DNA from: a virus
Taxonomy: Duplodnaviria > Caudoviricetes
Length of the DNA stretch: 36,845 nt
Virus record (IMG/VR): IMGVR_UViG_3300040971_000025
Coordinates: 1-36,845 of that record
Strand: one strand, 5' to 3'
The first letter of the stretch is position 1; every line of letters starts with the position of its first letter. This document shows positions 7,617 through 15,952 of the stretch, piece by piece. Position numbers and translations under genes: made by a program. Under the pieces are notes generated by a model. The model did not search any database and was not told the origin of the DNA. It saw only the letters and a list, made by a program, of their open reading frames with translations.

Positions 7617-8141
7617 ATGAAGAAATTTTGCACCTTGGCGTTCGTTGTCGTGCTATTCTTGACCTCTGTCGGGACAGTGCTTGCCGAAGGATGGTACAAG
7701 ACAAAATGGGGCATGGACCAGTCACAAGTAGCTGCCGCCGTGGGGGAACCATTGACGCCTGTTAATGCAAAATTTTCCGGGGATACCTACACCCACGCGA
7801 TAAGTCCATTCAAGGTCGGAAGTAGTGAGTTCAAGCCGTACCTCTGCTTCATGAGCGGATCGCTTAAGAAGGTCCATTTGAGATACCAGGGCGCGAATAG
7901 CGCCAAGGCTTACGCCGCGTTCGCGGGCGCCAAAGATATGATGATTGGAAAGTATGGCGCTCCGGTCGGCATGGACAATAAGAGAATGATGGGCGGAGGC
8001 GAGATCCAGTCCGCAAAATGGGTCTTTGAAGACACGCTCATCACCTTGAACTATTATAGTATGAGCCTTCCCGGCGGCGCGAGTTTCGGCGCGAATATCA
8101 CATACGAACCACGAACCTCTGGAGGGAGCGACAAACTCTAG
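7617..8141 (+). CDS. Exported/periplasmic protein (moron, possible superinfection exclusion)
   Basis: Sec signal peptide MKKFCTLAFVVVLFLTSVGTVLA, GGAGGGAG RBS, downstream terminator, immunity-region position. Confidence 0.7.
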   Translation: MKKFCTLAFVVVLFLTSVGTVLAEGWYKTKWGMDQSQVAAAVGEPLTPVNAKFSGDTYTHAISPFKVGSSEFKPYLCFMSGSLKKVHLRYQGANSAKAYAAFAGAKDMMIGKYGAPVGMDNKRMMGGGEIQSAKWVFEDTLITLNYYSMSLPGGASFGANITYEPRTSGGSDKL

Positions 8142-8171
8142 ATTCCGAATACAACAAAACACGTCGGCCCT

Positions 8172-8205
8172 TCCCGCCTTGGATCTTCCAGGCGGGATTT
8201 TTTTT
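8172..8205 (+). terminator. Intrinsic terminator
   Basis: TCCCGCC(T)TGGA-TCT-TCCAGGCGGGA followed by T8. Confidence 0.85.
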
Positions 8206-8215
8206 GGCCCATCGC

Positions 8216-8267
8216 TTACCCATTTGGGCAAAATAACTCTTGCATAGTTTTCCCATTTGGGTAATAT
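8216..8267 (+). promoter_or_regulatory. OL-like operators and PL-like early promoter
   Basis: TTACCCATTTGGGCAA (8216-8231) and TTTCCCATTTGGGTAA (8249-8264) match the 6914 operator; TTGCAT (8240-8245)-16 bp-TAATAT (8262-8267). Confidence 0.8.
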
Positions 8268-8296
8268 GGACCCAACAACGACGCACCACCCCGCCA

Positions 8297-8441
8297 GCTC
8301 ATCCACGGATCAGCCCACGGGAAGCGGAGTTTCCCTAAGCGCGGACGCGAAGGTGGGATGCAGAGCCAGGCACAGCTTGGACGCTCCGAAGGCCAGAGCG
8401 GATGCGGGGAGGGATGAGCAAGACGAACGAGTTCCTTGACA
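8297..8441 (+). ncRNA. Candidate structured leader RNA
   Basis: Closing stem GCTCATCC/GGATGAGC enclosing nested hairpins, followed by boxA-like GTTCCTTGACA. Confidence 0.4.
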
Positions 8442-8587
8442 GACAAATCAAACCGACCGGCAGAGATCAGCGGCTTCCAGGCCCAGGCTCCGGTCCTAAT
8501 ACAACGCAGCGCGGCATGGGGATGCAGAGCGCGGCGGTACAACAATAAAACAAGCGACGAGATGAATACAATATAACGAGGTGTGAG

Positions 8588-8815
8588 ATGAACTTCATTT
8601 TCAAGCACATTATGGCGCCGAAGAAAAAAGAGTTGATGTTTAGGGCCATGGTTGATTGTGACGGAGATTTTGCAGTGCAAGTTTCCGTAGACGACGCAGA
8701 ATGGTGGGACCTTTGTTTTGTCGATTGTGAAGACGGGACACTCGTATTGAACGCGTGTTTGCCGCGCAGCATTGGGCTTCAGTTGGACAATAAGGGCCAG
8801 ATCGTTGTCATGTAG
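8588..8815 (+). CDS. Hypothetical early protein, 75 aa
   Basis: GAGGT RBS; first well-supported ORF after the PL-like promoter. Confidence 0.65.
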   Translation: MNFIFKHIMAPKKKELMFRAMVDCDGDFAVQVSVDDAEWWDLCFVDCEDGTLVLNACLPRSIGLQLDNKGQIVVM

Positions 8816-9006
8816 TCTTTGTGATTTGAAACCGCCCTTCGGGGCGGGAACCAAAACGCAAATCTTCCCGAGCAGACACCATGGGGAAGCAAAAAAACCG
8901 ACTGGCCACATCGCCAGGATAATCCAGATGACCGCCTATCCCGACCGAGGCGGCCCATAACGGGGCGAGTAGGAGGGACTTTTTGAACACAACGCAGGAG
9001 GCATCC

Positions 9007-9210
9007 ATGAACAACATTTGTAAGCGCCTTGAAACAGAATTTGCGCGCGACCACTACCACGCCGCCATGCGCCTGATGAGCGACGAACAGGTCATTAGAT
9101 CCATGGCTAAGACCTGGGTGGACAGCGGCGGCGACTCTGGCGGGCTGGATGATGAGTATGTCGGGAAGCTTCGGGCTGAGATCGCAAGGCTGGAAGGCGG
9201 TGCGGCATGA
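9007..9210 (+). CDS. Hypothetical protein, 67 aa
   Basis: AGGAGG RBS before ATG 9007. Confidence 0.65.
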   Translation: MNNICKRLETEFARDHYHAAMRLMSDEQVIRSMAKTWVDSGGDSGGLDDEYVGKLRAEIARLEGGAA

Positions 9211-9281
9211 ACGGCAAGACCATCGCAATCGGGATCGTGGGGCTTTTGTACGTGGGAATCATTCTGTGGGTGGTTTTATGA
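9207..9281 (+). CDS. 24-aa single-helix membrane peptide (MNGKTIAIGIVGLLYVGIILWVVL)
   Basis: ATGA-coupled both sides; continuous hydrophobic stretch. Confidence 0.5.
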   Translation: MNGKTIAIGIVGLLYVGIILWVVL

Positions 9282-9436
9282 ACCAGCCCAAACCCTGCGA
9301 CCTCCGCGCATTCCTCAAGATCCAGTGGCCCTTTCCACCCAAGACAAAATTTATCGAACTGGACGGTGTGACCTTGGTCAGGCTGATCCGGATCGCACAG
9401 AACAGGGAGGTTTTTAGAAATGTACAAGCCAGATGA
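9278..9436 (+). CDS. Hypothetical protein, 52 aa
   Basis: ATG 9278 overlaps upstream stop. Confidence 0.45.
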   Translation: MNQPKPCDLRAFLKIQWPFPPKTKFIELDGVTLVRLIRIAQNREVFRNVQAR

Positions 9437-10262
9437 CATCGCAACGCTGACGCGGGCCGGGTTGATACCGGGCATTCCGATTGAAGAATATCACCGGGGC
9501 GCAGGGGTTTCCAAGAGCCAGCTCGACCAACTCGCCAAATCCCCGGCGCACTACCTCGCAAGCCTAACCACGCAGCGAAAAGAGACCGCCGCCATGAGGA
9601 TCGGCTCACTCTTCCACGGCCTTGTGCTGGAGCCTGAGCGTGTCAAAATCGCGGTGGCTCCGGCCTGCGACAAACGGACCAAGGATGGCAAGGCCACATG
9701 GGAGGCTTTTTGCCTTGAGAACGCCGGAGCCGAGATCGTGACCGCTGATGAAGGCGAAATGCTCAATGGCATGGTGGCAAGTGTCCGCGCACATCCTGCA
9801 GCAAACGCCCTGCTCTCCGGGCCAGGCATCGCGGAAGGATCGGCGTACTGGATTGATGAGCAGAGCGGGGAATTGTGCCGGTGCAGGCCGGACTTTTACC
9901 GGCAGGATTTGGGGATCATCGTCGATCTGAAATCGACGGAAGATGCTTCCCCGGAAGGTTTTGCGCGGTCAATCTCGAAATACTTCTACCACAAGCAGGA
10001 TGCTTTTTACTCTGACGGGCTGGCTGTTTCGACGGGCAAGCCCACTCGCGGCTTTGTTTTTGTGGCCACAGAAAAGACCTTTCCACACCTCACGGCAGTC
10101 TACGAGTTGGACGGCCAAAGCATTGAAGCTGGCCGCAATCTTTACCGCAAAAACCTTGGCACGCTTGCTGAGTGCAAGCGCTCCGGCATCTGGCCGGGAT
10201 ACTCTGATAAAATTGAAACCTTGAGCCTGCCCAACTGGGCATTGAAGGGAGTTTGGGAATGA
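9420..10262 (+). CDS. RecE/exonuclease VIII-like PD-(D/E)XK nuclease (DUF3799-type)
   Basis: YH...VSKSQL, GSLFHGLVLEP, CRCRPD, IVDLKST, YHKQDAFY motifs. Confidence 0.9.
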   Translation: MYKPDDIATLTRAGLIPGIPIEEYHRGAGVSKSQLDQLAKSPAHYLASLTTQRKETAAMRIGSLFHGLVLEPERVKIAVAPACDKRTKDGKATWEAFCLENAGAEIVTADEGEMLNGMVASVRAHPAANALLSGPGIAEGSAYWIDEQSGELCRCRPDFYRQDLGIIVDLKSTEDASPEGFARSISKYFYHKQDAFYSDGLAVSTGKPTRGFVFVATEKTFPHLTAVYELDGQSIEAGRNLYRKNLGTLAECKRSGIWPGYSDKIETLSLPNWALKGVWE

Positions 10263-11350
10263 ACGCACCTATCGCATTATCTTATCAGCAGGCCGTGGCC
10301 AACATCGACCCGGGCGCAGTAGCCGCCGCGGAATCCGTCAAGGCCCGTATCCAGAGTGCATACGTCATGGCCATGCAGCGGCCCCGCAACGAGATGCAGA
10401 GCCGGTCCCGAATCCTTGAGGCTTGCAAGCGGCCCGAATTTGCTGGCCGCGTCGAATACGCCAAACCTGTCGGCGGAAAGAAGATGGTCGGCCCGAGCAT
10501 CCGGTTTGCCGAACTGGCCGTCAGGGAATGGGGCAACGTCATCACCGAGACGCAGCTTGTCTACGAGGATGAGCGCGTGCGCCGGATCAAGGTGACGGTC
10601 ATTGACCTCGAAACAAACGCCACTTTCGGCAAAGAAGTGCAGATCAACAAGACCATCGAGCGCAAGGATGGCAAGGGCCGGGAGATCGTCGGGGAGCGCA
10701 AGAACACATACGGTGAGCCCGTCTTTATCGTCCTGGCTACGGAAGACGAGATGCACAACAAGGAAGCCGCCCTCATCTCCAAGGTCATCCGCAATGAAGG
10801 ATTGCGCCTGATTCCTTCGGACATCGTTGACGAGGCGATTGAAGTTGCCCGCGCCACCATCCACAACCGTGACGCAAAAGACCCCAAGGCCGCAACCAAG
10901 AAGCTGGTGGACGCTTTCGGCAACCTTGGGATCGCGCCGAAGCATCTGGAAAAGTATCTCTCCCACTCGCTCGACATCGTCAGCCCCGCCGAGTTGCAAG
11001 ACCTGCGCGGGATCTACCAGGCCATTTCGAGCGGGGAAGCGTCTTGGGCTGATTACGTGGCCAAGCCGGAAGCCAAGCCGACGAGCGACCTCAACGAGAT
11101 GATCAAGCCGCAGGCTGCAGCGGTTGAGCCCGAAGTGATGAAGCCAGAGCCAGAGAAAAAGCGCCACACCGCCGCCGAACTCGAAGAAATGCGCGCCGAC
11201 ATGGTTGCCGAGATTGAAGCCAAGGGGCTGGACCTGGGCGAGATTGAGAAGGCCGTGGGCGAATACAGCAACAAGTGGAGCGCGGCTCAGATTGAACGTG
11301 TCAGGGGCAAGATTGTGCCGAATTTAGTCGCGGAACTCCTGGGGGCGTGA
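10259..11350 (+). CDS. Putative single-strand annealing / recombination protein
   Basis: Coupled to the RecE-like gene in the usual SSAP position; family not recognised with certainty. Confidence 0.5.
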   Translation: MNAPIALSYQQAVANIDPGAVAAAESVKARIQSAYVMAMQRPRNEMQSRSRILEACKRPEFAGRVEYAKPVGGKKMVGPSIRFAELAVREWGNVITETQLVYEDERVRRIKVTVIDLETNATFGKEVQINKTIERKDGKGREIVGERKNTYGEPVFIVLATEDEMHNKEAALISKVIRNEGLRLIPSDIVDEAIEVARATIHNRDAKDPKAATKKLVDAFGNLGIAPKHLEKYLSHSLDIVSPAELQDLRGIYQAISSGEASWADYVAKPEAKPTSDLNEMIKPQAAAVEPEVMKPEPEKKRHTAAELEEMRADMVAEIEAKGLDLGEIEKAVGEYSNKWSAAQIERVRGKIVPNLVAELLGA

Positions 11351-11535
11351 TGTGCTACTCAAACTGCCCCTACGAAAAATGGTCGGGCGAGTGCAAGGGA
11401 CGGGGCCTCTTCGCAAAGACGAAAGCGCAGCCGCATTGCATGGACGATGAGGATTTCGAAGCCTTCGTCGAGGATCACGATTCGGATTTGTGTGACCGGC
11501 AGGATTATGAAGAGGCGCGGCAGCACGGGTTTTAA
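11350..11535 (+). CDS. Small Cys-rich acidic protein
   Basis: MCYSNCPYE...C...HC; start overlaps upstream stop. Confidence 0.55.
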   Translation: MCYSNCPYEKWSGECKGRGLFAKTKAQPHCMDDEDFEAFVEDHDSDLCDRQDYEEARQHGF

Positions 11536-11581
11536 CTTTGACCCCAGCGCGGCGGGGTGTGCCGCGCAAGGATGAAAGAAA

Positions 11582-11830
11582 ATGCAAAAATGGAGACACC
11601 GCGAAGACTGCGAGATAGTCCGCCCTGACTCTACATATGACGTGCGCATGGAAGGCCGTGCCGTGCTGATGGACTGCGACGGAGAACGCATTTTCTCTGT
11701 GCCAGAGTCATGGACGGACGATCAAATATGGAACTGCCTGGCAATAGCCAACAGGGCTTATTGGAACGGCTTTCAATACGGAGGGCGCGACAAGGCTCAC
11801 GAGATAACAAAGGCTCTCTATCTCAGCTAA
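11582..11830 (+). CDS. Hypothetical protein, 82 aa
   Basis: AAGGA RBS; flanked by similar hairpins. Confidence 0.65.
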   Translation: MQKWRHREDCEIVRPDSTYDVRMEGRAVLMDCDGERIFSVPESWTDDQIWNCLAIANRAYWNGFQYGGRDKAHEITKALYLS

Positions 11831-11873
11831 CCATACACCAGGGCCGGGGGCGAAACCGGCCCAAGGAATAAAA

Positions 11874-12932
11874 ATGAACACAGCAACACCTCTCCTCCTC
11901 ATGCCGACCGCGTCCGACCCGGTCGAGACGAAAGAAACAGTCCTCGCCATTATCCCGGAAGCCAAGGCCTTGGAAGTCTTCCTCGAAGGTAAAGGGATCG
12001 ACGAGCTTTTGTCCGCCTGCGAGGAAAAAGCGCTGGCCGTCACCACGGACGCATCCACCGCCAAGGGCCGGGCCGAGATCAAGTCCATGGCCTATCTCGT
12101 GGCGCGGACAAAGACGGCATTCGACGCGCCCGGCAAGGCGCTGAGTGCTGAATACAAGGAGAAGCCCAAAACCATCGACGGCAACCGCAAGCTGGTGGCA
12201 GATTTCCTTGAAGATCTACAGAAGCGCGTCAGGAAGCCTCTGACAGACTGGGAATCGGCGGAGAAGGCAAGGATTGAGGCGATTAAGAACACGATCCAGA
12301 CAATAAGGGATGAGGGCACGAAAGCCGGAGATGCAACCCATGCACTGGGCCTGCAGATTGAATTTGTTGAGGGGTACGTCATCGACGAAGCATTCGCAGA
12401 ATTCCAAGACGAGGCCCAGTCCGTCAAGGATTCCGTTCTGGCGAAGTTGTATGCCGCAAAGGAAGCAGCCCTCAAACGCGAAGCCGAAGCCGCCGAACTC
12501 ACCCGCCTCCGCGAAGAACAGGCAAAGCGCGACCAGGCCGACCGCGAGGCCAAGATTGCCCAGGAGGCCGCCGAGAACGCCACCCGCGAAGCGAACAAAA
12601 AGGCCGAGCTTGAAAAGGCCGAATCCGAGGCCCGGGAACTCCGCGCGCAGCTGGCCCAGAAAGAAGCCGAGCGCGAAGCGCAGCGGATAAAAGATGAATC
12701 CGAAGCTAAAACCAAGAAGGCCGTGGAGGACGAACGCCTCCGTGTCGAGGCCGAGGCCGCACGGTTGCGCGAAGAAGGGGCAAGGCGCGAGGCGGACAAG
12801 TCGAATCAGTTCCGCGTCCATTCCGAGGCCGTGGATGATTTGCAGGCCATCGGCATTGAAAAGGCGCTAGCCATCGAGATCGTTTACGCCGTCAGGGATG
12901 GGAAGATTAGAAACCTTTCGCTGAAATACTGA
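11874..12932 (+). CDS. Conserved phage coiled-coil protein of recombination regions
   Basis: STAKGRAEIKSMAYLVARTKT motif and long E/A/K/R-rich coiled coil. Confidence 0.75.
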   Translation: MNTATPLLLMPTASDPVETKETVLAIIPEAKALEVFLEGKGIDELLSACEEKALAVTTDASTAKGRAEIKSMAYLVARTKTAFDAPGKALSAEYKEKPKTIDGNRKLVADFLEDLQKRVRKPLTDWESAEKARIEAIKNTIQTIRDEGTKAGDATHALGLQIEFVEGYVIDEAFAEFQDEAQSVKDSVLAKLYAAKEAALKREAEAAELTRLREEQAKRDQADREAKIAQEAAENATREANKKAELEKAESEARELRAQLAQKEAEREAQRIKDESEAKTKKAVEDERLRVEAEAARLREEGARREADKSNQFRVHSEAVDDLQAIGIEKALAIEIVYAVRDGKIRNLSLKY

Positions 12933-12939
12933 GGTCGAA

Positions 12940-13074
12940 ATGACACCAATCCACTACATCGCCCGCGACCTCTCCCGCTCCGAGACGATCAAGAAAATGA
13001 ACCGCGACGGCTACGCGAAATGGGCGCGGCATGAGGCGGAGGCGAAGGAACGAGCAAAGAGGCTGAAGCAATGA
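12940..13074 (+). CDS. Hypothetical protein, 44 aa (MTPIHYIARDLS...)
   Basis: GAGGT RBS, stop overlaps next ATG; read manually. Confidence 0.55.
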   Translation: MTPIHYIARDLSRSETIKKMNRDGYAKWARHEAEAKERAKRLKQ

Positions 13075-13577
13075 CCCCAATAAGCAAACAAAAGTTCCAC
13101 AAGTTTGGAGAGTTCTACGAAATCTCGGTTGAAGGGTTCATCCGGCTCACGAAAGAAAACGGCAAAGCCATCGCTGGCCGGATGCTGATGCCGACGATGC
13201 GCACGGGTAAAGTCCATTACGTCCTGCGCGACAAAAAGACCGGCACCTCATCGCGGCACATCCTGACGAACATCCTTTTCCGGGAACTGTCGGTCAACGC
13301 CGTGGAATTGGGCCAGGCCGGATTTCCCGAGATTCGGGAAATGTGCCTTGCGCATAATGCGCGGCTGTCCGCAACGCAGGGGAAGAAAGAAAAGCGGGCA
13401 GAGCGGCGAGACTTTACGCCAAGTTATTGGACGATGGACGATCCATTTCCGTCCATGACAACCGGCATCACCGGCCTTGGCAGTTGGGATTGTCCCGAAA
13501 TGGACCCGTTTGGAGCGGGTCATTATCAAGTCCGGCTCGATATGGGCGAGGCGAAAATTGAAAGGAGGGCGGCATGA
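13071..13577 (+). CDS. Hypothetical protein, 168 aa
   Basis: ATGA-coupled. Confidence 0.7.
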   Translation: MTPISKQKFHKFGEFYEISVEGFIRLTKENGKAIAGRMLMPTMRTGKVHYVLRDKKTGTSSRHILTNILFRELSVNAVELGQAGFPEIREMCLAHNARLSATQGKKEKRAERRDFTPSYWTMDDPFPSMTTGITGLGSWDCPEMDPFGAGHYQVRLDMGEAKIERRAA

Positions 13578-13789
13578 CACTTTACAGCAGAGACACGAAT
13601 AGGCTTCTCGAAATCCAAGAGGCGATCAAGGAGGCGGAGCGGTTCGTGAAGAAGGCAAAGGACGCTCATTTGGCGCTCGTTTCCGAGAAAGAGAGCTTCT
13701 ACCACTCGCACAGCTTCGCGGCGGCAAAGCGAGCAAGCATGGATCTTACAAAAGCACTGGCAAAGGTGCGCAAACCGAGGCTCGCATGA
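13574..13789 (+). CDS. Small helical protein, 71 aa
   Basis: AGGAGG RBS, ATGA-coupled. Confidence 0.7.
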   Translation: MTLYSRDTNRLLEIQEAIKEAERFVKKAKDAHLALVSEKESFYHSHSFAAAKRASMDLTKALAKVRKPRLA

Positions 13790-14271
13790 ACAAGTCAACC
13801 ACAGGCCAACTCATCAGTCTGGCCTACATCCTCCACGGAGCCGCCGAGTCTTTCGCCAAGCCCGAAGTATCCGGTTGGAAACTCCGGCGCCAGGCAGGCC
13901 GCGCCATGAAGCACTGCCTCAACGCCATTGGCTCAATCGGCCTGGCCGTGATCATCGACAAGGGGCCACACCGGGAAGTTTCCGACGCGACGAAGAGACA
14001 GGCCCAGCGGACTTTGGATGAGTTCGTGGGCGTGGCTGGCCTGCACATGCAGCGCCGGCAGTTGTATTGCCCGGAGTTCGTCTGTGCCCGGATCATGGGT
14101 TGTCATCTGGCGATTGACCACCTCATTCGCAAGCACGGAGCTCCGAAGGAATGGCGGAAGTTGGAGGCGGTGACGGCCACGATGTTGTCAATGTTGCTGG
14201 TTGATTTGGGGGAGGAGGAGGCGTTGATGTACCGTGTAGCAGAAGGATTCGAGGAGAGGTGTGCGGCATGA
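13786..14271 (+). CDS. Hypothetical protein, 161 aa
   Basis: ATGA-coupled. Confidence 0.7.
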   Translation: MNKSTTGQLISLAYILHGAAESFAKPEVSGWKLRRQAGRAMKHCLNAIGSIGLAVIIDKGPHREVSDATKRQAQRTLDEFVGVAGLHMQRRQLYCPEFVCARIMGCHLAIDHLIRKHGAPKEWRKLEAVTATMLSMLLVDLGEEEALMYRVAEGFEERCAA

Positions 14272-14429
14272 AATGCCCAAAATGTGATTCCGAGGACATA
14301 GTCATCCGCACATCCACGACCAAGACCAAGCGCGTCACGGTTGGGTTCTGGTGGCACAAGGTTGAGAATGAGGAGAAGTCAATGACGGTCAATAAGTGTT
14401 TAGATTGTGGCGAGGAATGGGAGGGGTAA
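14268..14429 (+). CDS. Zinc-ribbon protein, 53 aa (MKCPKC...KCLDCGEEW)
   Basis: Two CxxC pairs; ATGA-coupled; read manually. Confidence 0.7.
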   Translation: MKCPKCDSEDIVIRTSTTKTKRVTVGFWWHKVENEEKSMTVNKCLDCGEEWEG

Positions 14430-14726
14430 ATGAAAATATCGTTTAGCCGTGAAGAATATCTATCTGTCTCCAGTGTTTTTGAGAACGAAACGCTCGACGA
14501 CATTGGTTCTGAGTTATCCGAGTTTAACGAGGACGTGGAAGACATGGCCTACGAACTCGCGTATACCCGCTATGCGTTGGCGAAGACGGAGCGTGAACTT
14601 GCCGCGCTGAAGGCTGCGGCTAACCTGCTGGTACTCACGACGCAGCCTGTCCTTGGTGAAGACGGCCACTTATGGGTCACGGACCACGCTGTAATCGAAC
14701 TCGCACGCCTGTGCGGGGAGGGGTGA
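14430..14726 (+). CDS. Hypothetical protein, 98 aa
   Basis: GGAGG RBS, abuts upstream stop. Confidence 0.65.
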   Translation: MKISFSREEYLSVSSVFENETLDDIGSELSEFNEDVEDMAYELAYTRYALAKTERELAALKAAANLLVLTTQPVLGEDGHLWVTDHAVIELARLCGEG

Positions 14727-14727
14727 A

Positions 14728-15165
14728 ATGAATCTTAATCTACCATTATCCCTTTATTATGAAACGTGTGACGAGGACGGGATGGTTGAACCGTATTTCA
14801 CGGGCGACATAACTGACTCCGAAGGCCGCGTCATTTGCAGGGCCGACAGCGAAGGGAAGGCGCTGGCTCTCATTGGGGGTTTTGATGACCTCCTCGCCAA
14901 CATTGAAGCCCTTCGCGCCCGTCTCGCTGAAGTCGAGCTTGAGACAAAAAAGCAGAAGGGGATAATCTTTGGCGAACGCAAGTTTTCCGAGGCTCTTTGT
15001 AACGACTTGCGGTCTAGGCTCGCTGAAGTCGAGGCGCAACGGGACATGATGAAGGGCGCACTAGAGAAGATTGCAGACTCGCGAAGATACGGGGAGTGCT
15101 CAAGATTATTAGGTGAAATAAGGGTTTGTGCCCGCGAAGCCCTCTCCAAACTGGAGGAGAAATGA
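14728..15165 (+). CDS. Hypothetical coiled-coil accessory protein, 145 aa
   Basis: GGAGG RBS; internal LR(A/S)RLAEVE repeat. Confidence 0.65.
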   Translation: MNLNLPLSLYYETCDEDGMVEPYFTGDITDSEGRVICRADSEGKALALIGGFDDLLANIEALRARLAEVELETKKQKGIIFGERKFSEALCNDLRSRLAEVEAQRDMMKGALEKIADSRRYGECSRLLGEIRVCAREALSKLEEK

Positions 15166-15320
15166 ACCACCTATGCGACACATGCAAGCACGACATACCA
15201 ACGTGCAAGGGAGATCCTCTTTTTGGGATAGACCACTATGGAAGTGAAGTCGCGTTCACCGCGAAGGCTGACGAGGTTGTGAAGTGCGATTGCTACGAGG
15301 AGGCCCACGATGGAAAGTAA
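15162..15320 (+). CDS. Small Cys-rich protein, 52 aa (MNHLCDTC...)
   Basis: GGAGG RBS before ATG 15162; CxxC...C...CxC. Confidence 0.6.
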   Translation: MNHLCDTCKHDIPTCKGDPLFGIDHYGSEVAFTAKADEVVKCDCYEEAHDGK

Positions 15321-15537
15321 ATGCCCAGTGTGTCAAGCCGGCACGCTTGAGGACTGGAACCGCAAGGTGCGGCAGTGCGATTCCTGTGACTTCAAGTGCG
15401 ACACGGACGACCTCCCACGCATAGCCGCCGCGATGGAGTTTGCTATGAAAGTTCATCTATACCACAATAAAGATGGATACCTCGACGAAATAAATGACGC
15501 AGAAAAGCGCGTCGTCGAAGTCTTTGGAGGTGAGTGA
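15310..15537 (+). CDS. Zinc-ribbon protein, 75 aa
   Basis: CPVC...CDSC; AGGAGG RBS. Confidence 0.65.
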   Translation: MESKCPVCQAGTLEDWNRKVRQCDSCDFKCDTDDLPRIAAAMEFAMKVHLYHNKDGYLDEINDAEKRVVEVFGGE

Positions 15538-15794
15538 TGGCACTATTGATGACCACACAAACGCAAGAAGAAATGGTGTGCATGTGGCCCGATGAATACA
15601 AAGACCTCAACTCCGCGCTTCGCGCTGCCCGCTCCGACTACGCGGCTCTGGTTGAGGCGGTGAAGTGGGAGAGTGAGTGTAGATATGTGCGAAACGTGAT
15701 GCGGCTTTGGCATCGCTGGCCCGCGCAGGACGAGGCACAAACATCATATCTGGCAGCCCGTGCCGCAGTTGACGCGCTGGTGGGGGAAGGATGA
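15537..15794 (+). CDS. Hypothetical protein, 85 aa
   Basis: GGAGGT RBS; coupled. Confidence 0.6.
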   Translation: MALLMTTQTQEEMVCMWPDEYKDLNSALRAARSDYAALVEAVKWESECRYVRNVMRLWHRWPAQDEAQTSYLAARAAVDALVGEG

Positions 15795-15952
15795 AAAAGC
15801 TACTTCAAATCGACAACTGCATGGATTGCACCGATTCGTTTGCAAATGGCAACGGTCTATATTGTCACGCGCTCGAAAAATATGTGGACAGTACGTTCCC
15901 ATACGACATCCCGGAAGACTGCCCGTTGCCGGACGCGGAGAATGCGGAATGA
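15791..15952 (+). CDS. Small Cys-rich protein, 53 aa (MKKLLQIDNCMDC...PEDCPLP)
   Basis: Read manually; ATGA-coupled; paralog of the next gene. Confidence 0.65.
   Translation: MKKLLQIDNCMDCTDSFANGNGLYCHALEKYVDSTFPYDIPEDCPLPDAENAE

Noticed and set aside
10277-12821. Long antisense ORFs here and over the head/tail genes (e.g. 32328-33212)
   Set aside because: Shadow frames of GC-rich genes, with no recognisable motifs
5959-14271. Several early proteins end in -AA (GGAAA, EGGAA, ERRAA, ERCAA), like ssrA degrons
   Set aside because: Explained equally well by the overlapping RBS-GCGGC-ATGA coupling sequence; cannot be separated from sequence alone
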